This document shows, piece by piece, positions 1-16,045 of a stretch of 64,000 nt of DNA (positions within the stretch are counted from its first letter, which is position 1; every line of letters starts with the position of its first letter). The translations under genes were made by a program, and so were the position numbers. The stretch lies in NCBI GenBank assembly GCA_964016885.1, contig OZ024743.1, positions 29,388,001 to 29,452,000 on the forward strand, given 5' to 3'. The notes under the pieces were generated by a model. That model saw only the letters and a program-made list of their open reading frames with translations, made no database searches and was not told where the DNA came from. This DNA comes from Eledone cirrhosa (Eukaryota).

Positions 1-269
1 AATGCCTGTGCGTGACGAATATTTTTAAAGTGAGGAAAGACTGTGCACTGAACCAATCCCACTCTCTGAGCGACTAGCTATAACCCTAAAGAAGAAAAGA
101 TCAACATCATCGGTAACTACTGAGCCGCAGGTTTTATATCGGAGTTAACCCAGTTTCCTGAGATGCCTTCTCCTAGAAGAATGCCCTGACAAGGGCTAGG
201 GGTTCTTCACTCCCAGTGGTTTAACTGCGCGATCGGGCATCCAGCCCGATTATTTCTATGTCCCAGCGC
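1..269 (-). mobile_element. Probable 5' UTR fragment of an RTE-clade LINE
   Basis: Minus strand reads ...cccttgtcagggcattcttctaggagaagg...aactccgatataaaacc, resembling a motif I recall at RTE 5' ends; perfect 7-bp hairpin atcgggc-atcca-gcccgat at 232-250; no ORF. Confidence 0.4.
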
Positions 270-404
270 AAAAAAAAAAAAAAAAAAAATCACTTATTGA
301 CACTTATACGTACGAGATTCACACACTCGCATACATATGCGCGCACACAGCAACACTCATACATACAACAAACACACACACACGCTACTCTACTCACTTA
401 CACG

Positions 405-445
<41 letters not shown>

Positions 446-699
446 CCGTCATTACTGATACAAGATTACAAATTTATGTCAACTGTTGACTTTCAAGAGT
501 TTGTATAGTTGAAGCCGATCCTATTACAGTCCAGTATTACTATAATTGCTTTACAGCATAGAGTTATGGCTCTCCACGGAGTCAACAAAAGAGAGTACCA
601 GTGATGCGCTGGCCAGTCGCTGGATCCGTGCCAAAAGCAGAAAAATTATTATTAAAGTTGTTTTCTTAAGGCCAGGTCGCTGGTGATGGTGATGGCGGC

Positions 700-736
700 G
701 GCGGTGGTGGTGGTGGCAGTTGATGTTGTTGTTGTG

Positions 737-813
<77 letters not shown>

Positions 814-1000
814 GTTATTTTGAGTTTTTTTTTTCTTTTCTTTTTTTTTTTCCCGTCCCCTTTTCTTTTTTCTTTTCCCTTCCTTTTTAATGTTTTGATG
901 CCGCTGTTGTTGTTGTTGTAATTGTTGTAAATGTTCATTTCAGTTCATTCTGAAGCTGTTGTTGCTGTAAACATTAGTGCCAGTGTTGTTGTTGTTGTAG
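700..1000. repeat. (GT)n, (GTT)n, (GGT)n and T-rich simple repeats
   Basis: Directly visible; about 35 GT units at 739-810. Confidence 0.95.
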
Positions 1001-1485
1001 ATGTTGGGGTTGAAATCTGGTTTTTGACTGAGTGATGTATATACACACATATACATACACACACATATATATATATACATTCAACAGAGAGTAGAGAGTT
1101 TGACAACAGGTCGATGACTTTAGTCTAGATAGGGTATGGTATGGTAATGACATGTGATGGTGGGGAGAGAGTGTAGCCGTTATTGTGGTGGTGGGGACAG
1201 TGAGATGTATCGAGTTCATTTGACCGTTTTCTTCTCTTAGCAAAATTTGAATTTTAGCCATGTTATATTGAGATGTAAGTAAATGTAAAATGTAAAATAT
1301 AAATAAGGATTGCTCTGCTAAAATATACTAAAATATTTGTGTAACTTCCACAAAATTCTGTCGTGTCATTCCCGAGTCCAGTGACCAAAAAATTGTTGTA
1401 TTTTGATGTTTCAGAATACAAAAAATAATTAAAAACTTACCCCACGAAAAGACAGCGTGTGTTGTCCTATCTATAAGCTACCTCA

Positions 1486-1608
1486 TACATATATATATAC
1501 ATACATACATATATATACATACATATATACATACATACATATATATACATACATACTTATAAACATACATACATACATATATATATATACATACATACAT
1601 ACATACAT
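1486..1608. repeat. (TA)n/(TACA)n microsatellite
   Basis: Directly visible; it supplies the spurious N-terminus of ORF 1457..3952. Confidence 0.95.
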
Positions 1609-3952
1609 TTTCAGCAATCACACTGACAATATCCACAATATTGCAGTGGAGAAAACTCTACTCTCTGATCATGACATGGTTCTCTGTGATCTGAGTTTCC
1701 ACCGTCCAATATACAAACCCAATGTCATTTCTCCTGTCCATCCGTTTGACGCTATGGATTTCCACAATGCAAACTGGGAAGCGATCAGTCATGATCTTGC
1801 ACATGTCGACTGGTCCTTCACGCACACTCATACACCCACTAACATCAAAAAGTCCTGGCAGACATTTGTGGACACTGTTACAAACATATGTGCTAAACAC
1901 ACCCCATTAAGAACTATAAACAAATCTAAGAGCAGAATCCCTAGAAATAGAAAAACACTCATCAGAAAAATTAAGAGAACGAACAAAAAAATCAACAAGC
2001 TGAAATACTGTCAGCAGCAACACATCAACTTGACTGCCATTTCATCACTAGAGATTAAAAAACATAACCTCCAAAACAACATAATGTCCCTCATCAACAA
2101 TCAGAGAAGAGCTGAAGAGGCCTGGGCCATTGAGAAGATCAAACTCAATCCCAAAGTGTTCTTTTCATTTGCAAAAAAACACAAAATCACTGGCTCTACT
2201 GTTGGCCCTCTAATTGATGAAAATGGCACTCTTCAAGACAATGCTAAAACCATGGGTGAGATACTGCAGAAACAATACTGCTCTGTTTTCAGCAATCCTG
2301 ATATGGCCGATCTGGGCTGTATCGGCGATGTTACTCCCCATTACACCTTATCGGACATAACGTTTGGCGCCCCTGATGTCTTGGCGGCAATAAAGGAAAT
2401 CAAGCATAATTCAGCAGTAGGTCCCGATAGGTTCCCTGCTTGTGTCTTGAAGGCGTGTCAACACCAACTTGCTTCTCCTCTTGCCAATCTGTGGCGGAAC
2501 TCACTGGATGCTGGATATGTGCCAGAAAACCTTCTATCCCAGTCTGTTGTCCCAGTTTTCAAAAAGGGAAACAAATCCCTTGCCGTGAATTACCGTCCAA
2601 TCTCACTCACCTCTCATATCATTAAGGTATTTGAGCGAGTGGTGAGATCGCGAATGACCCACTTCCTTGAGAGTAACAATATGCTGAACTCCAACCAGCA
2701 TGGATTCCGTAATGGAAGGGATTGCCTGACGCAACTACTGCATCACTTTGATGACATTTTGAGAGCCTTGGGAGAGGGTTCCAACACTGATGTTATCTAC
2801 CTTGATTTCAGCAAGGCCTTTGACAGGGTTGATCATAACATTCTACTGAGAAAGCTGTCCAATATTGGTGTCACTGGAAAGCTGCTGCAGTGGATCAAGA
2901 GCTTCCTGTCAAACAGAACCCAACATGTTGTAGTTGAGGGAGTCAAATCAAGCCCAGCCAAAGTCAGTAGTGGAGTCCCACAAGGCACTGTGTTGGGCCC
3001 ACTTCTCTTCATCATCTATATTAATGACATCACTGACATCATCAAACACAGCAACATTAAAATTTTCGCTGATGATTCCAAGCTCCAAAAGGTCATCAAT
3101 GGCGTGGATGACCGGATAAGCCTTCAGTCAGACCTACTGGCTGTTACCCAATGGGCAGAAAAGAACAACATGTTACTGAACGAAGACAAATTCGAACTGA
3201 TCCACTTTGGAAAAGAGGATGCTCTGAAACTCCCGTACTCCCTTCCCTCCGGGGAAACTCTCGTGGCATCTAACAACATCAGAGACTTGGGAGTAACCGT
3301 GGACAGCAACATAAGCTGGACCACGCATATAAGCAGCAAAGTTGACATGGCCCGCAGAATGTGTTCCTGGATCCTCAGAACCTTCCAGTCGAGAGATTCC
3401 CGCACCATTATCCTTCTCTTCTCTACTTTCGCCCGACCACACATTGAATACTGTTGTCCACTGTGGTCTCCCCACACGAAACAAAGTATCATGAAACTTG
3501 AAGCTCCTCAAAGGGCAATCACGAAAAAGATAGATGGCATGTCAGACCTTGACTACTGGGGTCGATTGGAAAACCTGAAACTTTACTCACTCCAACGTCG
3601 CCGTGAGCGTTATATTATCTGCATGATGTGGAAAATGTTCCATCATCACTGCCCAAATGATGTTGGCATCGCCTTCAAGATACACCCAAGGCTTGGGCCC
3701 CGTGCTATCCGTCCCATTCAAAAATCTAAATCGCAACTCATAACAACAATACGGCACAATTATTTCACCTCAATCGGCCCTGCTCTCTTCAACATCACAC
3801 CAGGACACGTCAAAACAGAAACTGACCACACAAAATTCAAGAAGTCTTTGGACAAATTCCTCCAAGTAATCCCGGACAAACCACCCACACCCGGATATGT
3901 CTCCGCAAACAGTAATTCTCTTCTCGAATGGGCCATGGTGCCCAAATCCTGA
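1609..3952 (+). CDS. CR1-group LINE ORF2 (end of APE endonuclease, reverse transcriptase, C-terminal domain), 5'-truncated, no internal stops
   Basis: SDH motif (LSDHDMV), [80 protein letters not shown] are typical of CR1/L2-group RT. Confidence 0.93.
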
Positions 3953-4039
3953 ATTGAAAGACTTCGCCAGGTGGTGCTATTAAGTTAGACATGGCCTGGG
4001 CCAATACTGGCCAAAACATTTCAAAGTTATTCAAAGTTA
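1609..4039 (+). mobile_element. 5'-truncated CR1-group LINE with short 3' UTR and (ttcaaagtta)2 tail
   Basis: ORF above, 3' UTR 3953-4039 ending in a short tandem repeat, TA/TACA microsatellite on both sides. Confidence 0.88.
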
Positions 4040-6981
<2,942 letters not shown>

Positions 6982-7019
6982 ATTAAATAAATGGAAAACT
7001 ATATTTATAAAACCATATT

Positions 7020-7085
7020 TATTTCATTATATATATTTCGGGGATATCATATTTACAATATGCTATGCCTTCATTAGACAAAATA
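7020..7085 (-). ncRNA. Hammerhead family 1, inverted copy with mutated core (CUAAUGA)
   Basis: Reverse complement: tattttgt CTAATGA aggcatagcatattgtaaatatgatatcccc GAAA tatata TA atgaaata; core G5 changed to A. Confidence 0.6.
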
Positions 7086-7167
7086 CAATATAAACAGTTT
7101 TATAGATAAATATATTCGACATACCGTAATAAACATCAACTTCATTTGGAGAGGTTTACGCTAGCTG

Positions 7168-7233
7168 TATTTTGTCTGATGAAGGCATAGCATATTGTTA
7201 ATATGATATCCCCGAAATATATATAATGAAATA
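7168..7233 (+). ncRNA. Type I hammerhead ribozyme motif, family 1
   Basis: Stem I tattttgt/atgaaata (8 bp with two GU); CTGATGA 7176-7182; long stem II ggcatagcatatt/aatatgatatccc; GAAA 7214-7217; palindromic stem III A-tatata-T; predicted cut after A7225. Confidence 0.8.
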
Positions 7234-7361
7234 AATATGGTTTTATAAATATAGTTTTCCATTTATTTAATATTGTAAATATACTCCAAATATTTGTCGA
7301 GTGCTTTTATATCAGTTATAAATATTTACTAGTTGTAACCCAACAATTTTAAATATAACTT

Positions 7362-7419
<58 letters not shown>

Positions 7420-7471
7420 TAACAGATGTAAAATAAGAAAATTATAAAATTAACTTACTTACTAAAATATC

Positions 7472-7554
7472 ACTTCCAACTAATTAGTTTCTGGAATGGA
7501 GCAAATATATTTTCCGAAGAATAATATGGAGAAGCATTCCGTCGTCAGGAAAGT
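7472..7554 (-). ncRNA. Type I hammerhead ribozyme motif, family 2, copy 1
   Basis: Reverse complement: actttc CTGACGA c-ggaatg...(c-ttcg-g capped hairpin)...cattcc-a GAAA ctaattag TT ggaagt. Stem I actttc/ggaagt, stem II ggaatg/cattcc, palindromic ACTAATTAGT, GUU triplet. Confidence 0.8.
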
Positions 7555-7994
7555 CTATTCTCATGTAAGTTTCCAGGCAAAGCGAGGACACTGGAAACTT
7601 ATTAAAAAATAGTTCAGTGGAAAGGAAATAGCGAAGCGTGGACTGAATTCCAAGCCATTGAGAAAATCACTGCCTCTACGTCTGTTGCAAATTCAAAAAG
7701 AATCGAACACGTGACATCGAGGTCAATCAGTGGAAAGTCGTTTGCTAATAAGACAGCGGCCTGCCTACAACCGTAGCAGCAGTCATGGCCAATATTTCTC
7801 GACAAATATTTTGGAGATAATAATAAAGAATTCATATGTAGTAACATATATATACATACAGATGCATATCAATGTTAGCAAATATATAGGTTTTGTCTTA
7901 ATAACAGTGTGGTTCAATGCATGGGGTTGCAGAACAATAATATAAGAGTCGTAAAATGAGAATATTATAAAATTAACTTACTTACTAAAATATC

Positions 7995-8077
7995 ACTTCC
8001 AACTAATTAGTTTCTGGAATGGAGTAAATATATTTTCCGAAGAATAATATGGAGAAGCATTCCGTCGTCAGGAAAGT
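7995..8077 (-). ncRNA. Type I hammerhead ribozyme motif, family 2, copy 2
   Basis: Near-identical to copy 1 with intact CTGACGA/GAAA core, 523 bp away. Confidence 0.8.
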
Positions 8078-8396
8078 CTATTCTCATGTAAATTTCCAGG
8101 CAAAGCGAGGACACTGGAAACTTATTAAAAAATAATTCAGTGGAAAGGAAATAGCGAAGCGTGGACTGAATTCCAAGCCATTGAGAAAATCACTGCCTCT
8201 ACGTTTGTTGCAAATTCAAAAAGAATCGAACACGTGACATCGAGGTCAATCAGTGGAAAGTGGTTTGCTAATAAGACAGCGCCCTGCCTTCAATGGCTTG
8301 AAATTCAGTCCACCCTTCGCTATTTCCATTCCACTGAATTATTTTTTAATAAGTTTCCAGTGTCCTCGCTTTGCCTGGAAACTTACATGAGAATAG

Positions 8397-8479
8397 ACTT
8401 TCCTGGCGACGGAATGCTTCTTTATATTATTCTTCGGAAAATATATTTACTCCATTCCAGAAACTAATTAGTTGGAAGT
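8397..8479 (+). ncRNA. Hammerhead family 2, inverted copy with mutated core (CUGGCGA)
   Basis: Same fold on the plus strand; core at 8403-8409 reads CTGGCGA (A6 to G). Confidence 0.6.
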
Positions 8480-8642
8480 GATATTTTAGTAAGTAAGTTA
8501 ATTTTATAATTTTCTTATATTATTGTTCTGCAACCCCATGCATTGAACCACACTGTTATTAAGACAAAACCTATATATTTGCTAACATTGATATGCATCT
8601 GTATGTATATATATGTTACTACATATGAATTCTTTATTATTA

Positions 8643-9584
<942 letters not shown>

Positions 9585-9589
9585 TTGTG

Positions 9590-11690
9590 CGCGAAGCTCA
9601 ATAGTTCTACCAGTTTTATTTGGGATACCACCATTAAATCACTGGTGAGAGAACAAAGGTGACGGCGGGGGCATGTAAAGGGTATTACTGTAGGTCTTTA
9701 GCTGAACATGTACACAGTGCCACCCATTAGCTGATGGCCATTAATACGCAAATATGAGAAATTTGTGCTGTTCGTGTTCTCTGATGGTAAGAAAGCAGGT
9801 CTTTTTAGCACTGCTTTCCCTTCACATGGAGGAGGCAGTAAAATGTGCCCTAAACAAATCCTTGCTAAATGTTTTAACCTGGTAAAAAAAAAATCCAAGG
9901 CTGTTTAGTAGTAAATAAAACAAAGAATTTCAATTCAAATTTTGTTTCTTGAAATGTTAGAACACTCTGGGACAGCATTTCAAATCTGAAGCGAAGATCA
10001 GTTCTCATCTGTAATGCACTCAATAGATACAACATCGATATATGTGTCATAAGTGACTCGCCACCCAAATGGAAGAAGTAGGGAAGGATACACAGTCATT
10101 TGGTTGAGAAGAAGTGAAGAGGATCACCGTCGATTTCATGTTGTTTTTATCATTACATCCGACATTGCTAGATCCCTAATATCATTCCCCAAAGGTGTCA
10201 GTAGTATCATGATTCCTTCTCTAGAAAACCACACTTCTGTTACTCATGTCAGTTATTACACCCCCAACTCTTTATTCATCTGAGCAGGATATCGTAACAT
10301 TTTTTATGATCAGCTTTACAGAGTGGTCTCCACTGTTCTATACGAGATCAAACTGATCATAGTGAGGGATTTTAATGAAAGTGTTGGAAGTGACTATCAA
10401 ACATGGCATGACCTTCTTGGGTTAATGGATTCTGAGCTGTAAACTCGAGTGAAGTTAGAATGTTTTCACTCTGCAAGGAATTTGATCTTAGCATTACTAA
10501 CAGCCTATTTCAACAACCTGATAACCATAAACCAACATGGATGCATGCTAAATCTAAGGATTGTCACATAATTAGTTATGTCATCACACACGGGTGTGAC
10601 GTAAACAATCTCATAATTGCTAGGTGTTTTCACCCCTCTTTCTGGATCATACACGGCTGCGCAGTAGGGTTTCATTCAACCTTCCTTCAAAAATGCATTT
10701 TCAAAAGCCCCTTATCTCACACATTGTTGATGTGGGTTCTTTGAGATCCACTGACGGCAGGCTGAACCTGTCTGCGAAACTTGACTCATCGCTTGATTCT
10801 GTCCAGATTTTGTATGGCATTGATACTTCCTGGAAAGTGCACAAACGTGTCAGCAATGCAGCATCGGTAGAAGTCTTAGGATTTCCTATGAGAAAACACC
10901 AAGACTGGTTTCATGAAAGTAATTTAGATGTCCAGAATATTGTCAGCAAATGCATAACATATACAGGCTTTGGATTGAGATAAAAACTCAACAACTAAAA
11001 AGAAAGCCTATAAAGACCGTAAGCATCAGGCACAGTACTAAACTAGAAAGATAAAGGATGCCTGGTGGGCAGCTAAAGCAACTGATCTACAATGGTCTGA
11101 AGGTGTTATATGGTTTGGGTGAGAGAAGGTAAAATCCAGTTCTATCTTTAGATGTTCGACTCTATACACAGGCAAAACTGAGATACTTTCTCGATTGAAG
11201 GAACACTTCGAAAAGGTCCTAAATACTAAGTTAATTGTTGATGAAGATGTAATATCATCTCTTCTACAAAGGCCGGAGATACCTGAATTAACATTCAATC
11301 CAAGGTTGCATGAAGTACAAGCCGCTACCAAGCAACTGTCATCCAATAAAGCTCCTGCTAAATATGACACCCTGCCTGATAATTTCAAATATGGTTGTCA
11401 CAAACTGGTTCGTAAGCTTCTTCGGCTATTTCTGGAAACCTGGAAAGATGAACATGTACTTCAAGACATCAGAGATGCATCTATAATCCATCTCTTCAAG
11501 AACAAAGAAAAAGCATTTATTTTTGTCATCTCGTGCGGCATCTGTTTTCTCTGTATCGCTGGCAAGGTACTTTCCCGCGTTATTCTCAACAGATTTACAC
11601 CCAGATATGTTGATGATATCTACCTTGAACATCAGTGTGGCCTCCACACAGGTCGGGGTACTATTATCATGATTTCTCCCCTTATTATAT
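9590..11690 (+). mobile_element. Degenerate RTE-BovB-type LINE (5' UTR, APE, start of RT)
   Basis: (W)NVRTL near 9950, GDFN-like near 10365, LSITNSLFQQPDNHKPTWMH, RKHQDWF, EHFEKVLN, QDIRDASIIHLFKNK, GKVLSRVILNR, EHQCGLHTGRGT; many stops and frameshifts. Confidence 0.85.
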
Positions 11691-11736
11691 TGCAGAGGTT
11701 AGTGACAAGAACGAGAACGCTCGGTGAGAGAGGGAG

Positions 11737-11770
<34 letters not shown>

Positions 11771-11773
<3 letters not shown>

Positions 11774-14660
11774 TAGATAGATAGATAGATTTCTATTTAT
11801 TTGCCACGAGGGCACAAAAGAAGGGGACAAATACACAGGGGGAGTTTACATAAATGCGAGTAAAGAAAAAAAAGGAATAACAATAAAAATAATATAATAA
11901 TAAAAAGTCCTCAAAAGGAAGGGGGCGTGTTGGGGATTGCACATACCCCCGAAAAGTGTGCAACCCTTTTCCTGGGGGAAGCCCAGAGAGGAGGCGCTCC
12001 CCCTTTCCTCTTCACCTACAGAACAATGTAGAGAGAACGCTCATTTACACGAGCCATTCTCGCCTCTTTCACCCACCTTTCATAAAACTGTCTGCGGCCA
12101 AGCACTTCTCTCTCCATCCTGATCCTTCTTCCGAAGTGGTATCGGAAGAAGTAAACCAGGTGTTGGCCGGAGAGAAAGTCACCCGACCTCAGATCTTTCA
12201 GGCGCGTCCACCACACAACCTCGTTCATCATGGCTATTACGCACAGAAAGACCGCCTCTGCTTCATTTCTGAAGGGAGGAGGCGGCTTGATGTTCACCAC
12301 GGACTCGGCGGCCAATCGAATCGGCGCCACACGCGACAGCAGTCGTTCGACGTAGCCCCACAGATCTGCAACGCTCGGGCAGTGTACCAGTGCGTGCGCA
12401 ACGGTTTCCTCGTCGCGCACGCATCTGGGACAGATCTTTTTCGCGGGATCCCTGCCCGGGCGCCCGTGTCTGTATAGCTTTTCTCGAACGGGCAGAGCCC
12501 CCCGGTAGCACTGCCAGGCTAGGGACCTCTGGAAGTTGTCCATGGGTCCCGGGCCGAAAGTTCTACCGAACAGGCTGGCCAGTCCGTCCTCCTCCATGCC
12601 TAGCGACTCTTCAAGGGTGTCGTCGCCCCTGCTAGCCACCAGCCCACTATATAATGTCGAGGTGGATTCTCCACTTGCCAGAGAGCCGTGAGCGCCTGGG
12701 CACACTCGGTGTGCAGTTGTCCAGTTTTCTCGGTCTTTGCTTCACCCAGGATTGCAGCTCGGTGAGCGAGACGAGCTGTGGGAAGACTCTCCTCACAAAC
12801 GGGGCCCACACCAGCTGACCGGTGAGGAATACCTGTAGATGCCGTAGCCTCAATGCGTGCCTACGCATCAACAGCCACGGCATACCCAGCCCTCCTTTCG
12901 AGGGGTGCTGGCAGCAGATGGATCTCCTCACCATGGGAGGCCGCTTCTTCCAGAGGAACTGGAAGAGCATGCGCTCCATGATGGTGAGCGTTTCCTTAGG
13001 GCAAGGCACGACGGTCAGGCGGTATTAGATGACGGACGCTATGTAAGCGTTCGCCACCTCCGCCCGACGTTTCAGTGATAGTTTGCACTTGGCCCACTTC
13101 TGGGTCAGCGCAAACACCCTGCTCGTTACCTCGCCCCAATTCTTCTCCACCTGGAGGTCCGGTCCGAACCAGACCCCGAGCAGCTTCACCGGGCCCTCCG
13201 TCCACCGTCCGGGGACCTTTATCATTTTAAAATGAGTGAAGTTCTCTGTTGAGATAAAGTTTGGCCCTTCGGTCTGCACCAAAGGGCTATTGTTTATTAA
13301 TTTAAACAGTTTTTTGTTTTCTTTATTTATATATGTGTATTGTAAAGTCTTTTTTTGTGATGCTGTCAATGTTTCGAAAGGGGGAGGCGCAGATTTATTT
13401 TTGTTTGTCGAGGGTGGGGTGTTTTTGGTTGGAGTTGGTGTTTGTGTGTGGGTTATTTGTTGTTGTGGTGTGCTGGGTGTGTGCTTTCGTTTTTTTCCTT
13501 TTAACTTGTCTGAAGGCTTCTCCTCCTTCTTCGTCAGAAGTTGGGGTAAACTCTTCAGCGCTAGGTGGGAGGGACGCGGTGTCTGGTTGTTTTTTTTGCG
13601 GGAGGGGTAGAATTGTTGCTGTTTTTTTAAAAATTATTTGTTTGGAATGTGTTTTGTGGTGGTGGTGGTGATGTTTGTGTTGTGCTTGTGGTTGGTGATG
13701 ATGGTGGTGATTTTTGTGTCGTGCTTGTGCTTGGTGCTGGTGGTGGTGATGTTTGTGTTGCGGTTGTGGTTGGTGGTGTCTGTATTTTGTTTGCTGTGTA
13801 TGTTGGTGGTGTTAGTGTATTTTTGGAGGTGGGTGGTGTTGGTGTACTGTTTGTGGTGGGTGTGGGCAATAGTCCTTTTTGGGGGATACGATTCGGGCAG
13901 TTAGCCTTAACGTGTCCCCTTTCCATGCATGAATAGCATGCTGGTCTTCTCCCCTCTACAATTATATATATTGGGGTGAGGTCATCCAGCCAGATGCGAT
14001 CCGTGATTTGCGCTATTCCTTCGTGCCTCATTTGTACTAGTAGGTCGAGACCCATTCCCATGAACACATCTCCAGATGCCTTCCCCATTGACAGCACTGT
14101 GTCCTCGCCCATGTCTATGAAGCCAGCAATAGCCCACCAGAAGTCCATTGTGGGCAGCATTGTCTGTATTTTGATTCTCTGAGTTCTTCTACCCATGTAG
14201 GAGGGATAGAAACTGTATGCTGGTGGGCGTGGCGCTGTGAAAAGTCGAAACGGCATCCATTAAATTTGGCAATTTCTCCGAGTTAATTTTTTTCACATTT
14301 TTTTCATTAGGGTTAGGTTCCAGTTTTTCAATGTTTCTAATATCATTATTCTCTCAGTAGGGTGGCTTGTTGACTCAGCTACCCGCTCTCCTTCAGTTTG
14401 TTTAGTGGGCGTGTCATCGTTACCTGTGGTAATGGCTTCCATTACCACTAGCGTAGAGACAATTGCAAGATTTTTAGGATGAAAAATTTCACCCCAAAAG
14501 GGGTGAAATAAATTAACCCTAATGTCCGAAGACCCAGGCAAGGGGGTTAATTAACACAATAACGCAAGCATACAGACAAACACTTACTGTTCACACGTAA
14601 TATCTCCAATAACCGCGGAGCCGATGTGAAGCACGTCTATGCCATCCGGAGAGCGAGAGA
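11771..14660 (-). mobile_element. Internally deleted Tx1/L1-clade non-LTR retrotransposon with (TCTA)n tail
   Basis: ORF1 with zinc knuckle CYSCMERGHVKANC (13627-14256) and ORF2 C-terminus (KGGLGMP, CPRC...ETVAHALVHC); both closely match the 53.0-58.6 kb copy; APE and RT core are absent. Confidence 0.92.
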
Positions 14661-14810
14661 GAAATGCAATATGAAGACATAGTCTCATTTTCCATATTTC
14701 AGTTTAATGAATAACCAAACGTTATATGACTCAGTGGAATGGAATTTTGCAATAGTTGCGTAACGGTGATATATGTGGAAAATTAGCAATTTATTGAATG
14801 TTAATATAAG

Positions 14811-14864
<54 letters not shown>

Positions 14865-15269
14865 AACTGTATAAATACATTACATATTTACGTCAGAGTT
14901 TCACGTATAACGTGGTAATAAACTTAATAAACTAATTAAATAAGTTATCTCTGCAACATAAACATGTGTAATTCTTTTGAGATTGTTAAACGCTTTCTGA
15001 AAACAGCAGGGAGAAAACTCCAAGTGCAATGCTGTAAAAAGTGGATGTTGTCTGACAGCCAACTAGTAAAATAGTAAAATCAACAGATATTCTAATAATA
15101 AGAACTCATTAGCGATGCATACTGAACCACGTTTCTCCCAACTAAATGAAACCAATTTAATATAAAAAAGGAAAGAATGCATTTACCAGTTGGCTATAAG
15201 ACAACATTCACTCTTTTGTGCATTTACGCTTTTTCCAAAATCTTTCTGTGATTATGAAATATATTCACA

Positions 15270-15530
15270 GTATTAGAAGACTGTCCAATCCATACATGTA
15301 CTTCTTGGTTTTTCTTTGACTCACTTCCCATTTATTTTTCTCTCAGTGGCCTCTGCAAACATTTCTTTTTTTAATAAAATGTCCGGAATATTTTAGATTT
15401 TTGCTTATTAGTTCTATTTAATAAAAGTTTCTTAGTTTTTGGCATTTTTAGGGTTTCATCATTGGCTGTATGTTCTGTTTATGATATTCTAAGACGTCTT
15501 CTGTGCACTGAAATATGAAAGACTTCCAAT
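15270..15530 (-). mobile_element. Highly decayed RTE 3' fragment
   Basis: Reverse strand gives HRRRLRIS*TEHTANDETL and KINGK*VKEKPRSTCMDW, resembling RTE RRMLRISWTEHVTNEEVL...GKRGRGRPR.RW. Confidence 0.5.
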
Positions 15531-15892
15531 TCAATTAATATGTTGATACCACTGCCACTATAAGAAAATACAACTATATGATGAATGTTTAAATGTATCT
15601 ATATTCAATTGGTATCATTTATATTTCCGAAATACAAATGCAATATAAGTTAGCAATGTAAATACTTCGAATTTGATATTGCTTTTAATACATTACCCTA
15701 GGTAAAGAATTGGAGAAAATGCCTAGCAGCATTTAGTTATGACTCATTATGTTTCGAGTTCAATTCTAGTCGATTTCAGTTTAACCGTTTATCATTTCGG
15801 GGTTGATAAAAGTCAAGTACTGAGGGCTGTTTAATTGATTTCTCACTTACTCCAAAACAGCTCACCTTGACTTAAATTAGAATCCATTATTC

Positions 15893-16045
15893 AGTGGATT
15901 GGCAGTATCATTAGAGCGTCGGTCAACATCATTTGCGACGTAGAGTTACGACCATTTACGTTCTGAGTTCAAATCCTGCCGAGGTTAGCTTTGCATTACA
16001 TCCTTACGGGGTCGATAAAACAAAGTACCAGTAATGCACTGGGAT
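15893..16045 (+). mobile_element. tRNA-derived SINE with Meta/MESC-like central domain
   Basis: A-box-like tggcagtatc, B-box gagttcaaatcc, then tttgc..tacatccttacggggtcgataaaa..aagtaccag. Confidence 0.8.

Larger units (their letters stand above)
7425..8642. mobile_element. Non-coding 523-bp tandem unit plus inverted copy carrying HHR family 2 (retrozyme or pLTR-like)
   Basis: About 7441-7765 repeats at about 7964-8288; about 8290-8642 is the reverse complement of about 7820-8185; (TA)n on both sides. Confidence 0.8.

Noticed and set aside
1457-1608. N-terminus of the 831-aa ORF as part of a real protein
   Set aside because: It is microsatellite read-through upstream of a 5'-truncated LINE.
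13195-13225. Splicing as the cause of the Tx1 internal deletion
   Set aside because: The corresponding removed segment in copy B does not start with GT or end with AG.
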